DNA of 64,000 bases, taken from Octopus bimaculoides (taxonomy: Eukaryota). Below, piece after piece: positions 1-12,111 of the stretch (position 1 is its first letter; every line of letters begins with the position of its first letter). The stretch spans positions 51,035,366 through 51,099,365 of the forward strand of contig NC_068986.1 of the NCBI RefSeq assembly GCF_001194135.2, in the 5' to 3' direction. Below the pieces are notes generated by a model. That model did no database searches and had not been told where the DNA came from. It worked only from the letters and a program-made list of their open reading frames with translations. Both the position numbers and the translations under genes were made by a program.

Positions 1-502
1 GAGGGATATTCAAAGCATTTTCATTGCCCCGACCCAAATTTTATAGGGGTGCGCCTTCACCCACTGCACTTCATGTACCCGAGCCTATGGCTTGTTCCGA
101 AGAGGACATACAAGTAAAGAATATGATAATATAGTTAATTTTAAATGTAAGTCTACTTTCACTGACTACTAAAACTTCACAAAAGTGAAGATGGGCAAAA
201 ATTCTACAAGTAAGTTTTAATGTTTTATCTCAAAATAAAACATTAATAACACATACTTGTATGTATTTGGTGTTTGCATTTAGTAAGCTGCTTGGTCAGT
301 CACTCTACTCGACGAGTGGTCGGTGGGAAGCTAGCAATCGCACTCTGTTGAGGATTAGTGCAGGATATGTGTAATGATGACCCGAGAAGAGGGATGGGGA
401 AACTTTTTATTGTGACGGGCAAAAATTTCCAAAGAAAAAGGTCCGCGGGCAGATCACAAGTTCTAACTCCTATATCTGTGTAAATCTTGTATATATCTAG
501 AC

Positions 503-660
503 GCAGGAGTGGGTGCGTCGTAAGTAGCTTGCTTACCAACCTCATGGTCCCGGGTTCAGTCCCACTGCGTGGCACCTTGGGCAAGTGTCCTTTACTATAG
601 CCTCGCGCCGACCAAAGCCTTGTGAGTGAATTTGGTAGACGAAAACTGAAAGAAGCCCGT

Positions 661-694
<34 letters not shown>

Positions 695-860
695 TATGTG
701 TCTGTGTTTATCCCTCCAACATCGCTTCACAACCGATGCTGGTGTGTTTACGTCCCCGTAACTTAGCGGTTCGGCAAGAGTGACCGATAGAATAAGTACT
801 AGGCTTACAAAGAATAAGTCCTGGTGTCGATTTGCTCGACTAAAGGCGGTGCACCAGCAT
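503..860 (+). mobile_element. tRNA-derived SINE family A (internal (TA)n)
   Basis: A-box/B-box-like head (GGTTCAGTCCC), GCACCTTGGGCAAGTGTC, (TA)n core; many similar copies in the window. Confidence 0.85.
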
Positions 861-2174
861 AAAAATTTTAAAAATATCTATGTATAATTCGATTTACATT
901 AATAAAGATAAGTTTAAGATATTAAATTAACGCGTAACATCTTCATTAACGCTGCCACTGAATTTAGGACGTTTATATTACTTATGAGGTATTCTATATT
1001 TTTCAATGAGAGTGTAGTTGGGTCTGAAGGGGGCGGTACAAACCCAGCGATACCTATTTTGTAGTGAAAACAAAATTTCCATTCAAATGGTAGTTACCGG
1101 ACGATTTTCTGTTCGAATCTGATTTTTTGGTGATCAACAATATTATGGTTTGGTTGAGTTGGAATCGATGAAAAGAAGACAAATTCCGTTGAGATCTTGA
1201 ATACATAATATTTGTTTTTATCGTTAACAAACTATGTATTGTCATTACTACCAACAACAGTAGAGATGTTGATACCGAGCTGATAATTCAAAGTTTCAAT
1301 GAGGTGCTGTTGGATCAGGTATGATTGTACCGTCATCGTGTGATTCTAGCAACTCAGTGGTTTAGCTGTCATCATCGCCTCGCCATCTATTGGTCTTGAT
1401 TCTCAGCTGGCCGGTTCAAGCGTATGCTACTAATGTCTTATGGACGCTGCCGGCTAGTGTCTAGAATGTGCTTAATATTTAGCTGATGTCCTTATCAGAA
1501 AAAGCGTGCCAAAGATGAAATTGTCTAATGAGATCCTGTTTTACCAGATATCTTAGTGGTCAGTTCCTTAATTGAGTGAATCGCGTTCGTGTTATTTAGT
1601 TGTTTTTGCATCAGATACAGCGACCTGGATGCAAATTCTCAGTGTTTTGGGGTTACTAAACCTTCTACTCCATACTGAAACTCAACTTAATCTTCAAGCC
1701 AATTCGTCCTATGTCTGTTGATGATATTGATAACTTACATATCGCTGACCCAGTCCCTTTTCACTCTCTTCCTCGAGTGGAAGCAAGGGTCAATCGAACA
1801 TCCTAACTCTATGAACTCTTGACAAGTTATGATTTCTACTCCCATTTCCACCACAACAAAACTAATCTACCATGTAGCAGGTAAAATCAAATTAACTAAT
1901 ATATTGTATTAATATTTAAAATTTTTGCATACTGTAATATTAGATATTTTATGAAGTCCAAAGCTTTATGGTTAAGAAGCTTGCTTTACAATGATGTAGT
2001 TTCGGGTTTAGTTCCACCGTTCAACACCTTGGACAAATGTCTTCTACTGTAGCGCCTGGCCGATCAATGCTTTGTGTATGAATTTGGTGGACGGAAACTG
2101 TAGAAGCCTGTCGAATATGTGTGTGTGCGTATGTATGTTTGTCTTCTTTTTATTGCTTCATTGCTTGACTGCTG

Positions 2175-2566
2175 TGGAGGCGCAATGGCCCAGTGGTTAG
2201 GGCAGTGGACTCGCTGTCATAGGATCGCGGTTTCGATTCCCAGATCGGGCGTTGTGAGTGTTTATTGAGCGAGAACACCTAAAAGCTCCACGAGGCTCCG
2301 GCAGGGGATGGTGGCGAACCCTGCTGTACTCTTTCACCACAACTTTCTTTCACTCTTACTTCCTGTTTCTGTTGTGCCTGTAATTCAAAGGGTCAGCCTT
2401 GTCACACTGTGTCACGCTGAATATCCCCGAGAACTACGTTAAGGGTACACATGTCTGTGGAGTACTCAACCACTTGCACGTTAATTTCACGAGGAGGCTG
2501 TTCCGTTGACCGGATCAACTGGAACTCTCGACGTCGTAAGCGATGGAGTGCCAACTAACTAACTAA
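2175..2566 (+). mobile_element. tRNA-derived SINE family B, full length, (AACT)n tail
   Basis: 12-bp TSD GCTTGACTGCTG at 2163-2174 and 2567-2578; head TGGCCCAGTGG...GGTTTCGATTCC. Confidence 0.9.
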
Positions 2567-2683
2567 GCTTGACTGCTGGTGTTAGTTTGTTTATGTCCCC
2601 GCAAATTAGCAGCTTGGCAAATGAGACCTATAAGTACCAAACTTTAAAAAATTAAGCACTGGGGTCTATTTGTGAGACTAGAT

Positions 2684-2823
2684 AAGGCATGGGCAACCTC
2701 CTTCGAGAAGCAGTCTGCATGAAACATGACTCATTATCCATCGAGTCGCACTCCTGAAAAAAAAGCTAAGGTAATTTTTCGTTAGGGGTAATAGTCCTTA
2801 GGGTCGCAGATTGCTCATGACTG
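2684..2823. mobile_element. hAT-like MITE
   Basis: Imperfect TIRs AAGGCATGGGCAA / TTGCTCATGACTG; decayed 8-bp TSD GACTAGAT/GACTGAAC. Confidence 0.45.
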
Positions 2824-3515
2824 GACTGAACTCTTCAACGTAGTACCCCTGTACGACCGTAGTCCAATGACTAAAGCAAGTAAAAAATAAGATAAAAAGA
2901 TTCATGTTTTATGCTTAACTAAGAATCTAACAATATGCAGAATATATTTTATTAGACTCATTGTCTTTGGTAAAACATTGAGAATGAGACCATGTACTGC
3001 ATAGTTCTTTATTTTAGGTGGCCTAATCCCACGAAGAACTAGTATGACGAATTGTCTATTTATAATTGTTATATCATGTTCACAGTATTTTCTATAATTT
3101 TGCTATTGTGTACCATGTTCATTAATGCATATATCACAGTATTAACCCTCCTCACCATCAGTTAACTCGGACAATCGGTTAAAACAGACCCTCCCCTGTT
3201 TAGTATGGATTAACAAAGTTCCACTGTTTCTTCAGCACATTTATTTATAGAATAGACCCATTTTATTTCCTTTTTGATAAGCCACACCTTTTTAGTACAC
3301 AAAAAGTTTGTCTTTTTTTTAAACCCGATTCTTGATTCTATTTAATTACGTAGCACATATTTCATTGTCAGTTGTGGGTTAATATATTCGGTAACGATAA
3401 TACTGAAATAGTTTAATTAATTGAAAAGCAATACACTAAAAAAGCTTCCTGATTAAACAATATAAAACAACCATTCAGCTCTAACAAAAGTTATTCGTGC
3501 TTTTCCGTAAGATAA

Positions 3516-3545
3516 CCGTGCAACACGTCGTCGGGACCGGTTAGT
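3516..3545 (+). mobile_element. Possible Helitron 3' terminus
   Basis: Hairpin CGTG-CAA-CACG followed by ...TTAG|T; 5' end not found. Confidence 0.3.
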
Positions 3546-3752
3546 TTTTTGCCTTTCCTGATAATCGATTAAATTTTTATAATTACGATTAATATATATT
3601 TTTTACTACTTTCAGCAGAGCAGTATTTTTTTTACATTATTTATATTAAAATTAATACAGAAATTCTTAAAAGATTTTTTTTCTTTTTAATGATAGTTGC
3701 TAGTAAATAATAATCGGCAGCAGTCAGTTAAATAAGCCATCCCTAAATGTTG

Positions 3753-3763
3753 TAGATGGCGCC
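3753..3763 (+). promoter_or_regulatory. TAGATGGCGCC motif (CTCF/YY1-like core) near the putative promoter
   Basis: Matches the AGATGGCGC core shared by CTCF-like and YY1-like sites; lies in a CpG-retaining stretch upstream of the candidate first exon. Confidence 0.3.
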
Positions 3764-4079
3764 TCTTGTTCAGTAACAAAACTGCTACAGAAGACATGAT
3801 TTAAAATTATTAGAAAACGGTAAAAAATGATATCCTCTTCCAACTAATTTATTTCTATGTAATTGTAAAGATATTAGGAGTACTTCAACGTGCTTCTTTT
3901 TATAGTTCATGTACACATCTATTTGTATTTGTGAATTTAATTTTAACCCCGTCTTACTTGCTATTAAATCAAAAGCTTTTTTTTTTCTTCCCCTCTGCGA
4001 TGCCTTTTCGTCCACAATTTTTACCTTTTGTATCACATGTTGACTTATAATATTTTCGGGAGTAACTCAAGCATGTATA

Positions 4080-4206
4080 TACTCAAACATTCACACAACT
4101 TATTCGGGTTCTGGTCGCTTTTATCTGTCTAAATTATAACCTGGAATTTCTAATCGGGGCATTTTTATTTTGTTTATCCTTGCTGGTTTCTCATTTTAAT
4201 TACCAG
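4080..4206 (+). other. Candidate non-coding first (5'UTR) exon of the hnRNP U-like gene; start approximate
   Basis: Ends at CCAG|GTAAAT (GT at 4207). If spliced to the acceptor at 13235, an in-frame TAA lies just upstream, so ATG 13238 would be the start. Confidence 0.35.
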
Positions 4207-5523
4207 GTAAATCAAATCAACTCTTTTCTATTATTAAATTTTGGTAAATTTTAACTTCATTCTTATCTTTACATTACATTATTTCTCATTCCCTTTTTTT
4301 TATTTAAGGAATAAAACCTTTTAACACTGTTCATCATTTATTAGGTCAGTCACTGATATAAATTTCTGGTTTATCCTTGTGTGTCTCTGAATTTATGCGC
4401 AGAAACCTCGTTATTTTATTTTCAAATGTAACCTTTATACAACATAAACGTGTTTTTGTTGAAATAATTTTCTAACAGTTATCTAGCCATTGATTTTTTT
4501 TTTCAATTATCGAAAGCTGTGCACAGATAAATAACGGTTTTATCTGGCTGAACCTTGTTTAGCTCCAGGTCTACTCTGATCAAGCTGACCCGTAATCAAA
4601 ATCAAGTTACAATCGCCTTTTTCTTTTTAAGTCAATGTGCATCTTGGGTTGAATTATCCAATGTGTCTTTTTATTTTTTATTTAAAATTTTGAGGGAGGT
4701 TTTACTATTATGTCTAGCAGTTCGAGTGTAATATGAGGCCTCTTTATTAAACGTTCTCGTTTCTTGCCTTCAGTACTCGGGTTAGTAGCCAGAAGGTCCA
4801 AGAAACCCTTTAAGTTTGCGAACCATCCGAGGGTAGCATTTTTTACTCTTTTTTTTCAGTCTTCTTATTTCATTCAATAAACAGTAAGAGTCACTATAAC
4901 TTCTTTTCCCTCGAAAATTAAAATGTTTGTTTACATTTTGCCCCTTTTCATTTCCTTACCTTTTTTTTTCTCTCCCACACTTCGCTCGGGAGTTCGAGAG
5001 ACAGCTATTCAGCAAATTTTTCTTTTTCGAGATTTCCCTCTGAAATAATGTCAAGTGTATATAAATAGTTTGAATTTTTATTCCCATTTTTTTCCCCCCA
5101 TTTTGTTTTTGTGTGTTTCATTTTTACCAAACTCAGCATAAAACTGATTTTAAAAGTTTTATATTGGGAAATAAATTGCTAGATTCTCTATCACTGGCAA
5201 GCACTATGGTGTACACAAGTGTTTATTTTGTAAAGTTGGACTTTGGTCACTACTAAACATCATTATGAACAGAAAGATTAGAGAAAACCAAGTAATTTAT
5301 TTCACATTTTCTCTCTTTTCGCGCCATATAGAAAACAGAAAATCCAAGAACAGAAATGTCACCACTTATGATTGCAACATAAATTTAAAGACAGTGTTTC
5401 TTTTTAGGTACTCTTATAAGAGGAAAGCAAATATTGACCATCGAATGCTACTAGTAAGATGAACCCAATTCTTGTGGTTTTTGAACTCCAGTCCTTTCAG
5501 TATGAAAACTTGTTCATATTGAA

Positions 5524-6248
5524 CAGTGGTTCTCAACTGTGTTCCATATGGCCTCTGAGGGTCCATTTAAGAATTTGGGTGGGGTCTATGCATCAAAATT
5601 GTAAATTTGGGATCCACAATAGTATTTTAAGGGCTCCTGAAAAAAATTTTGCTTTAAATGTATGTATTGCAAAACACAGGTTTCTTTCTCTACCATTTTA
5701 CATACATAGTTCAGCCCACAAATTAATTTGTGAAAAACAAAATAGGAATCTTGAAAGAAGTATCTATAAAACTAGTTTTTAAACATGGAATGGCTATGGG
5801 GGTCCACCAGAATAAAATAGTTATCAAAAGGGTCCGGCTGTGTGGTAAGTAGCTTGCTTACCAACCACATGGTCCCGGGTTCAGTCCCACTGCGTGGCAT
5901 CTTGGGCAAGTGTCTTCTACTATGGCCTCGGGCCAACCAAAGCCTTGTGAGTGGATTTGGTAGACGGAAACTGATAGAAGCCCATCGTATATATGTATAT
6001 ATATATGTGTTTGTGTGTCTGTGTCCCCCCAACATCGCTTGACAACCGATGCTGGTGTGTTTATGTCCCTGTAACTTAGTGGTTCGGCAAAAGAGACCGA
6101 TAGAATAAGTATTAGGCTTCTAAAGAATAAGTCCTGGGGTCGATTTTCTCGACTAAAGGCGGTGCTCCAGCATGGCCATAGTCAAAAGGCTGAAACAAGT
6201 AAAAGAGTAAAAAGAATAAAGAGATAAAAAAATGGTTGAGGATCCCTG
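5524..6248. mobile_element. hAT-like MITE interrupted by a SINE A
   Basis: Termini CAGTGGTTCTCAAC ... GTTGAGGATCCCTG. Confidence 0.55.
5835..6215 (+). mobile_element. SINE family A, near full length
   Basis: Same head, core and tail as 503-860. Confidence 0.88.
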
Positions 6249-6454
6249 ATGGAATCTAGTTTTGTTTTTTACTGTCTTCACTAATTTCAACCATTCTAAA
6301 GCAGAATATATAATGAAGCATTTTCAATGTTAGTGATGTGTTATAGAAGCTGTGTGAAGACCATACACACTGCGTTTTCGTCCGAAAACAAACAAAGAAT
6401 TCATGGCTAATTCTTTTGAATTAAGAAGTGTGGCTAAAAGAGCAAGGAATGTAA

Positions 6455-6784
6455 CTTTTTACTCCTTTACTTGTTTCAGTCATTTGACTGCGGCCATGCT
6501 GGAGCACCACCTTTAGTCGAGCGAATCGACCCCAGGACTTTGTAAGCCTAGTACTTATTCTATCGGTCTCTTTTGCCGAACCGCTAAGTTACGGGGACAT
6601 AAACACACCAGCATCAGTTGTCAAGCAATGCTAGGGGGGACAAACACAAACACACACACATTTATATATATATACATATATACGACGGGCTTCTTTCAGT
6701 TTATGTCTACCAAATCCACTCACAAGGCTTTGATCGGCCTGAGGCTATAGTAGAAGACACTTGCCCAAGATGCCATGCAGTGGG
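6455..6784 (-). mobile_element. SINE family A, truncated by an N gap
   Basis: Reverse complement of the family A body. Confidence 0.85.
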
Positions 6785-7424
6785 NNNNNNNNNNNNNNNN
6801 NNNNNNNNNNNNNNNNNNNNNNNNNNNNNNNNNNNNNNNNNNNNNNNNNNNNNNNNNNNNNNNNNNNNNNNNNNNNNNNNNNNNNNNNNNNNNNNNNNNN
6901 NNNNNNNNNNNNNNNNNNNNNNNNNNNNNNNNNNNNNNNNNNNNNNNNNNNNNNNNNNNNNNNNNNNNNNNNNNNNNNNNNNNNNNNNNNNNNNNNNNNN
7001 NNNNNNNNNNNNNNNNNNNNNNNNNNNNNNNNNNNNNNNNNNNNNNNNNNNNNNNNNNNNNNNNNNNNNNNNNNNNNNNNNNNNNNNNNNNNNNNNNNNN
7101 NNNNNNNNNNNNNNNNNNNNNNNNNNNNNNNNNNNNNNNNNNNNNNNNNNNNNNNNNNNNNNNNNNNNNNNNNNNNNNNNNNNNNNNNNNNNNNNNNNNN
7201 NNNNNNNNNNNNNNNNNNNNNNNNNNNNNNNNNNNNNNNNNNNNNNNNNNNNNNNNNNNNNNNNNNNNNNNNNNNNNNNNNNNNNNNNNNNNNNNNNNNN
7301 NNNNNNNNNNNNNNNNNNNNNNNNNNNNNNNNNNNNNNNNNNNNNNNNNNNNNNNNNNNNNNNNNNNNNNNNNNNNNNNNNNNNNNNNNNNNNNNNNNNN
7401 NNNNNNNNNNNNNNNNNNNNNNNN
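6785..7424. other. Assembly gap (others at 25196-25336, 44098-44296, 47864-47893, 50300-50399, 53515-54465, 55360-56256)
   Basis: Runs of N. Confidence 1.
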
Positions 7425-7475
<51 letters not shown>

Positions 7476-8332
7476 TGTGCATGTGTGTTGACAACTAGTA
7501 TTGGATTTTGTTTATGTAACTTGGCAGTCCAGCAAAAGAAACGACAGAATAAATATCACACTTAATAGATATACTGGGGTTCTGTTCGAGACAGTATTTC
7601 AGTGTGGCTGCAAGGAAAAGAATACAGCAATTGACCCTTTTTTAAATATGAGACCTTGAACCTGAAACTGGAGATTAATTAGTCAAGTTTAGATTGCACT
7701 GCAACACTAACAACCAAAGTCATGGAAAGAACATTTGGAAGAAGAGAATTGAAGAGAAAATTGTTTTCAGTTAGACTTTAATTAAAAAGTAGATTAATTA
7801 GTTTAGTAACGAAAATATAAGAAAATGAAATTTCTGACTAAGGATTGGGTGATAGAAGATGAACATTATTTCTGATAGTGTGCATGCTGACATCGTATGT
7901 AAACTCAGAATGGTATAATGCATAGTATTAAAGGAATTTTTGTTTGTTCTGAGAATTCACTAACATGATTGAGAGCCTATAATTTAAAATATGCAATACA
8001 AGCAGTGATTTTTTTTTTCTCTTGGAATATATGAGGCAAGAACTTGGAGCTGGTTGTTATAGCAAAGAGATTTGGGAATTCTAGAAAAATCTTCATGTAC
8101 CCTGTTGAATATATTGGTAGGAAATCTTTGCAAGCATTGAAATTTGTTTTCATGCTTAGGCAGAAATGTTGGTGTTGTATAAATCTGTCAGAATCACTAC
8201 ATTAAAGACCCCGTTACTTTATATGGAATTTTAAGAAGCAGTATGGTGGAAATTTAAAGAAACTAGATGTAGTTATGGTGCTGTGATTGTGTATAGAGTT
8301 TTTAAGTTAAACAGTTAGTGCAGCATCAGTGT

Positions 8333-8703
8333 CATCATTATCATTTAACATCTGTTTTCCATGCTGGCTTGAGTTGGGTGGCTGGATAGGAACTAGCAAG
8401 ACCAAGGACTGCACCAGGTTCCATAGTCTGGTTTCTACTGCTGGAGACCCTTCCTAATACCAGACACTTTACAAAGTGTACTAGGGGTTTTTTAATGTGG
8501 TACCAGTGCATAAAAAGCACTGGTGCTGGTACCATATAAACAAAATTGCAAGTGATGGTGTCATGTAAAAAGCATCCAGTCCACTCTGTAAAGTGGTTGG
8601 CATTAGGAAGGGCATCCAGCCACAGAAGCCATGCCAAAACTGACTATAGATCCTGGTGCAGACCTTGACCATGCCAGTTCCTGTCAAGCTGTTCAACCAT
8701 GCC
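8333..8703. mobile_element. Two RTE 3' tails in foldback (tails-outward) arrangement
   Basis: Left arm starts (CAT)n-TTTAACATC...TTCCATGCTGGC; right arm has GTGGTTGGCATTAGGAAGGGCATCCAGC...CAACCATGCC. Confidence 0.65.
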
Positions 8704-10544
8704 AAAAATTAAATTATAAATGAAAATATTTTTCTAAGCATCATTAGGTCCTGAAATGGAATATTAATTGATTATATGAACTCTGTAAAACACTATATTC
8801 CAAGCCTTTATAATAGTCACAGCAAGTGATATCTTGAATTGGATGATTATTTTAGAAGGGTAGTGTTGTATGTTGATTTACTTGGAAAATTAAAAGGGTA
8901 TCTAGGCAATATATGTGTGGGAGAGTGAAAATATGAAGTGATATCAAAAGCTGAGAGATTAATATCAGAATGACTTAAAACATTAATGGCTTGAAAGAAT
9001 TTAGTGATCTACAAATGGAAAGAGTGATATATGGTCATTACTAGAGAATATTTTTCTAGGAACTTAATGTAGATCAGATGGTTGTATGCATTGCAAGCAT
9101 TTAAAATCTTCAAACTTTTCTACAAAAACTGATTTTTTTTTCTTACTTGGACCACATCCATGCTGGGCCACCACCTTGAAGTGTTTAGTCGAGCAATTAA
9201 GTCTAGTACTTATTCTTTTGGTCTCCTTTGCTGAATAGCTAAGTTACATGATGTAAACAAACCAGCACTGATTGTCAAGTGTTGGTGGGGGACAGCTGTA
9301 GAAAAAGACATGTACACACATATATATGCATTTATATATGATGAGCTTCCATAGTTTTTTTCTACCATATTTGCTCACATGGGGCTATAGTAGAAGATAC
9401 TCGCCAGAGGTGACATGCTGTGGGACTGAACCCAAAACCATATGGTTGCAAATAATATAAGCAGCTATCAGTGTACAAATACACCCTAAACTAAGAGAAC
9501 TACTCAATGTTTTGGGCTGTACATGCATTACATAAAAAGAAAGCTTTTATGGAAAGTTAACCTTTAACCTCATTATCATAAAAATGTTTCCTCTTGTCAA
9601 CTCTGAGGCTATTGTATCCACATAAACTCACTTGTTCTGACTGTCTTCTTCCTGTGCTCAAATATCTCTCTGTTGATACAACCAAAACCCTTCCTTTATT
9701 TGAACTTCACCTGTCTCACTGTAAATTTCATATTTTCCCTTTTACTTACTGACCTACGATTACTCAAACTATCCTCATATACTTATTCTCTTTTTGTCTT
9801 GGAAAGTCTAAAAAATTTGAACATTATTTCATCACAAACTCACAAAAAAAAATTATATTTGGCAAAGTAACTATTTTGAAGAGAGTAAAGAATCGAAATG
9901 TTGTCATTTCACTGATTTACAATCCTTGTTAGATAAAAAGCATTAATCTTATAATCAGGTAAAATGTAAGCTTCTGAAGAAATCTGTTAGGAACAATCTC
10001 TGCAGATAATGAGTTTTATTAGTTGTACTTTCATAGTTTTCAGATTCAGTTTTAGATTTTAGTTTCTCTCCCTCTCTCTCTCTCTCAATAATGAACCTGA
10101 TCCTTATACGTTACTCTTCTTTTGCCTCATTTAAAATTATCACTCTCTCTTTTTTCATTTCTGTTGTGAGGCTTTTTAGTTTTGTATATTACAAGGTAGC
10201 CTCACTAGTGCTGGTGCTATGTAAAAATATCCTGTGTGCTTTGTAAAGTAGTTGAAGAATCAATAGAGACAGTGCTGCATTGCGAGGACTCTTAGTCTTG
10301 CCAGGGGCCAGACGGCCTCTTTAGAGCAGGCGCCATGCAAAAATGCCCACAGCATACTCTGTCAGTTGCATTAGGATGGGCACTCAGCTATAGAAACCAT
10401 GCCAAAATGAGATATTGGAGCATGCTGTAGCCTTCTGCTTCATTGGATACTGTCAAAGCAGATGTGAAATGATGAGTTCTTCCAGTTATATGAAGTGATA
10501 TCAAAAGATTCTTGGACTTGTTATGTCTAATAAAAAAAAATAAC

Positions 10545-11225
10545 TTATTTTAACATCATCTCCTTTGAAATAGTCACCTTGCACTGCAATACACTGGTCT
10601 CAGCATTCCAACCACTTTTGGAATCCGGCTTGGAAGTTTTCTCTGATTCGAGGACATTCTGTGATTTACTCTGGATCTTAACAACAGTGGTGAAACAGTG
10701 ACCTTTGAGCTGCATTTTCATTTTGGGGAAGAGATGGAAACCTGCAGGTGTGGAAGCAATACCATGTTGTTTTTGGCGAGAAACTCGGTGACGGTGCATT
10801 GTTGTCTTCAAGAATCCAATTCTTCGTGCTCCACAGATCTGGTTGCTTTCGCCGAATGTCCTCCCTTAAACATTTTAAAACCTAGCAATAAAACTCTCGA
10901 TGATGTGGCCATCAGGGAGACTAATTCTCAATGTACAATACCACTTTCAAGGATGTTCTGGTTTTGAAGTGCCTATGCCACTTGAAACCTTGTGTACATC
11001 CCATTACCTTGTCACTAAGCTTGCCAAAGCATGCTCAATGGCTAAGTAGCAGACTTCCTAAGTTTAAAGCAATATTTCACATTGGCTCTTTGTTCCAACT
11101 TTCTGTACATGACAAAATTGCTGACTACAGCATACATGTGATCACAAAAACACAAATTTCACAAGTTGTGAAGTAAACACAACAATGTCACTTGGCACAC
11201 TACCTCATAAAGGTCACTGCTAGCT
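10545..11225 (-). mobile_element. Decayed, internally deleted mariner transposon
   Basis: Minus strand MYRKLEQRANVKYCFKLRKSAT (mariner N-terminus) and ..DQCIAVQGDYFKGDD (C-terminus), with stops and frameshifts. Confidence 0.75.
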
Positions 11226-11389
11226 CTCACTGCACTTGCAATCTTGTGTTGCCGTCTGTTGGCATGCTATAGAAATAGTTGGGGAACCTTTTGATGCCAC
11301 CTCATAGTTGAATATTAAGCAGTTAAATAACATCCACCTCTGTGCTTTTTTTAAAAATTTTAATGTTCTGTATGGATTATTATTATTAT

Positions 11390-11610
11390 TAAGGTGGCAA
11401 GTTGGCAAACTCATTAGAACGCTGGGCAAAATGCTTAGTGGCATTTCATCTGTCTTCATGTTCTGAGTTCAAATTCTGTTGAAATTGACTTTGCCTTTTG
11501 TCTTTCTTGGATTTATAAAATATGTACTAGTTGAGCGCTTAGGTTGATGTAATTGACTAACCCCTTTGCCCAAAATTGCTGGCCTTGTGCCAAAATTTGA
11601 AACCAATATT
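11390..11610 (+). mobile_element. tRNA-derived SINE family C (Nin-domain-like)
   Basis: AAGGTGGCxAGxTGGCA head, GTTCAAATTC B-box, GACTTTGCCTTT central segment. Confidence 0.7.
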
Positions 11611-12111
11611 TTGTATGTGTTAGTTTTTTTTTTTTTTTTTTTTAGATCACTCTGTTTATTTTGACTTTCTTGACTTTATTTCCTGTAGATAGAATTCAGT
11701 CCACAATAGAATTAAAAAGTATGGTAGTCAGGTTTCTAGAATGCATATTCTGTTTTTGTATTACTGGCATAATGCCTCTCCCAAGGTTTAATTGTTTTTG
11801 TATTTGCTTTGTTATTTAACCTTGCAAATTTTGACCTACTTCCATTCATAGTTTTCTCATGGCGTCACTGCTCTTTGTTAGAGAGGTGGGAATTCACTTT
11901 CAAGCATTGGACAGATATTAATGCATTGATATGTTGCTGCAATTGACTTCTGTGATATTTACATCTTTGTTATTTGGGGAAAATTAAATAAACTGAATAT
12001 TGTATATTTACATAAGCACAAATAATGACGCTCAGACTATTACACACAGACATGTATACATGGAAACAAATCCTTGTTTGTAAATGCGCAAACTAATAAT
12101 TTAGTGCCCTA

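Larger units (their letters stand above)
1962..2900 (+). mobile_element. Old SINE A copy split by a SINE B and a hAT-like MITE
   Basis: SINE A segments at ~1962-2174, 2567-2683 and 2824-2900. Confidence 0.65.

Noticed and set aside
300-730. Recurrent short ORFs such as [14 protein letters not shown].. and ..[16 protein letters not shown]..
   Set aside because: These are chance frames of SINE family A, repeated at every copy.
1260-1810. Possible decayed LINE or coding exon
   Set aside because: GC and CpG content are higher than the flanks, but no motif could be read with confidence in any frame.
2175-2250. tRNA genes at the heads of SINE families A, B and C
   Set aside because: A/B-box-like heads run straight into SINE bodies with tails and TSDs; no complete cloverleaf was seen.
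3785-4036. 83-aa minus-strand ORF as a divergent protein
   Set aside because: It starts at a non-ATG codon, has no recognisable motif, and crosses a likely splice donor into AT-rich sequence.
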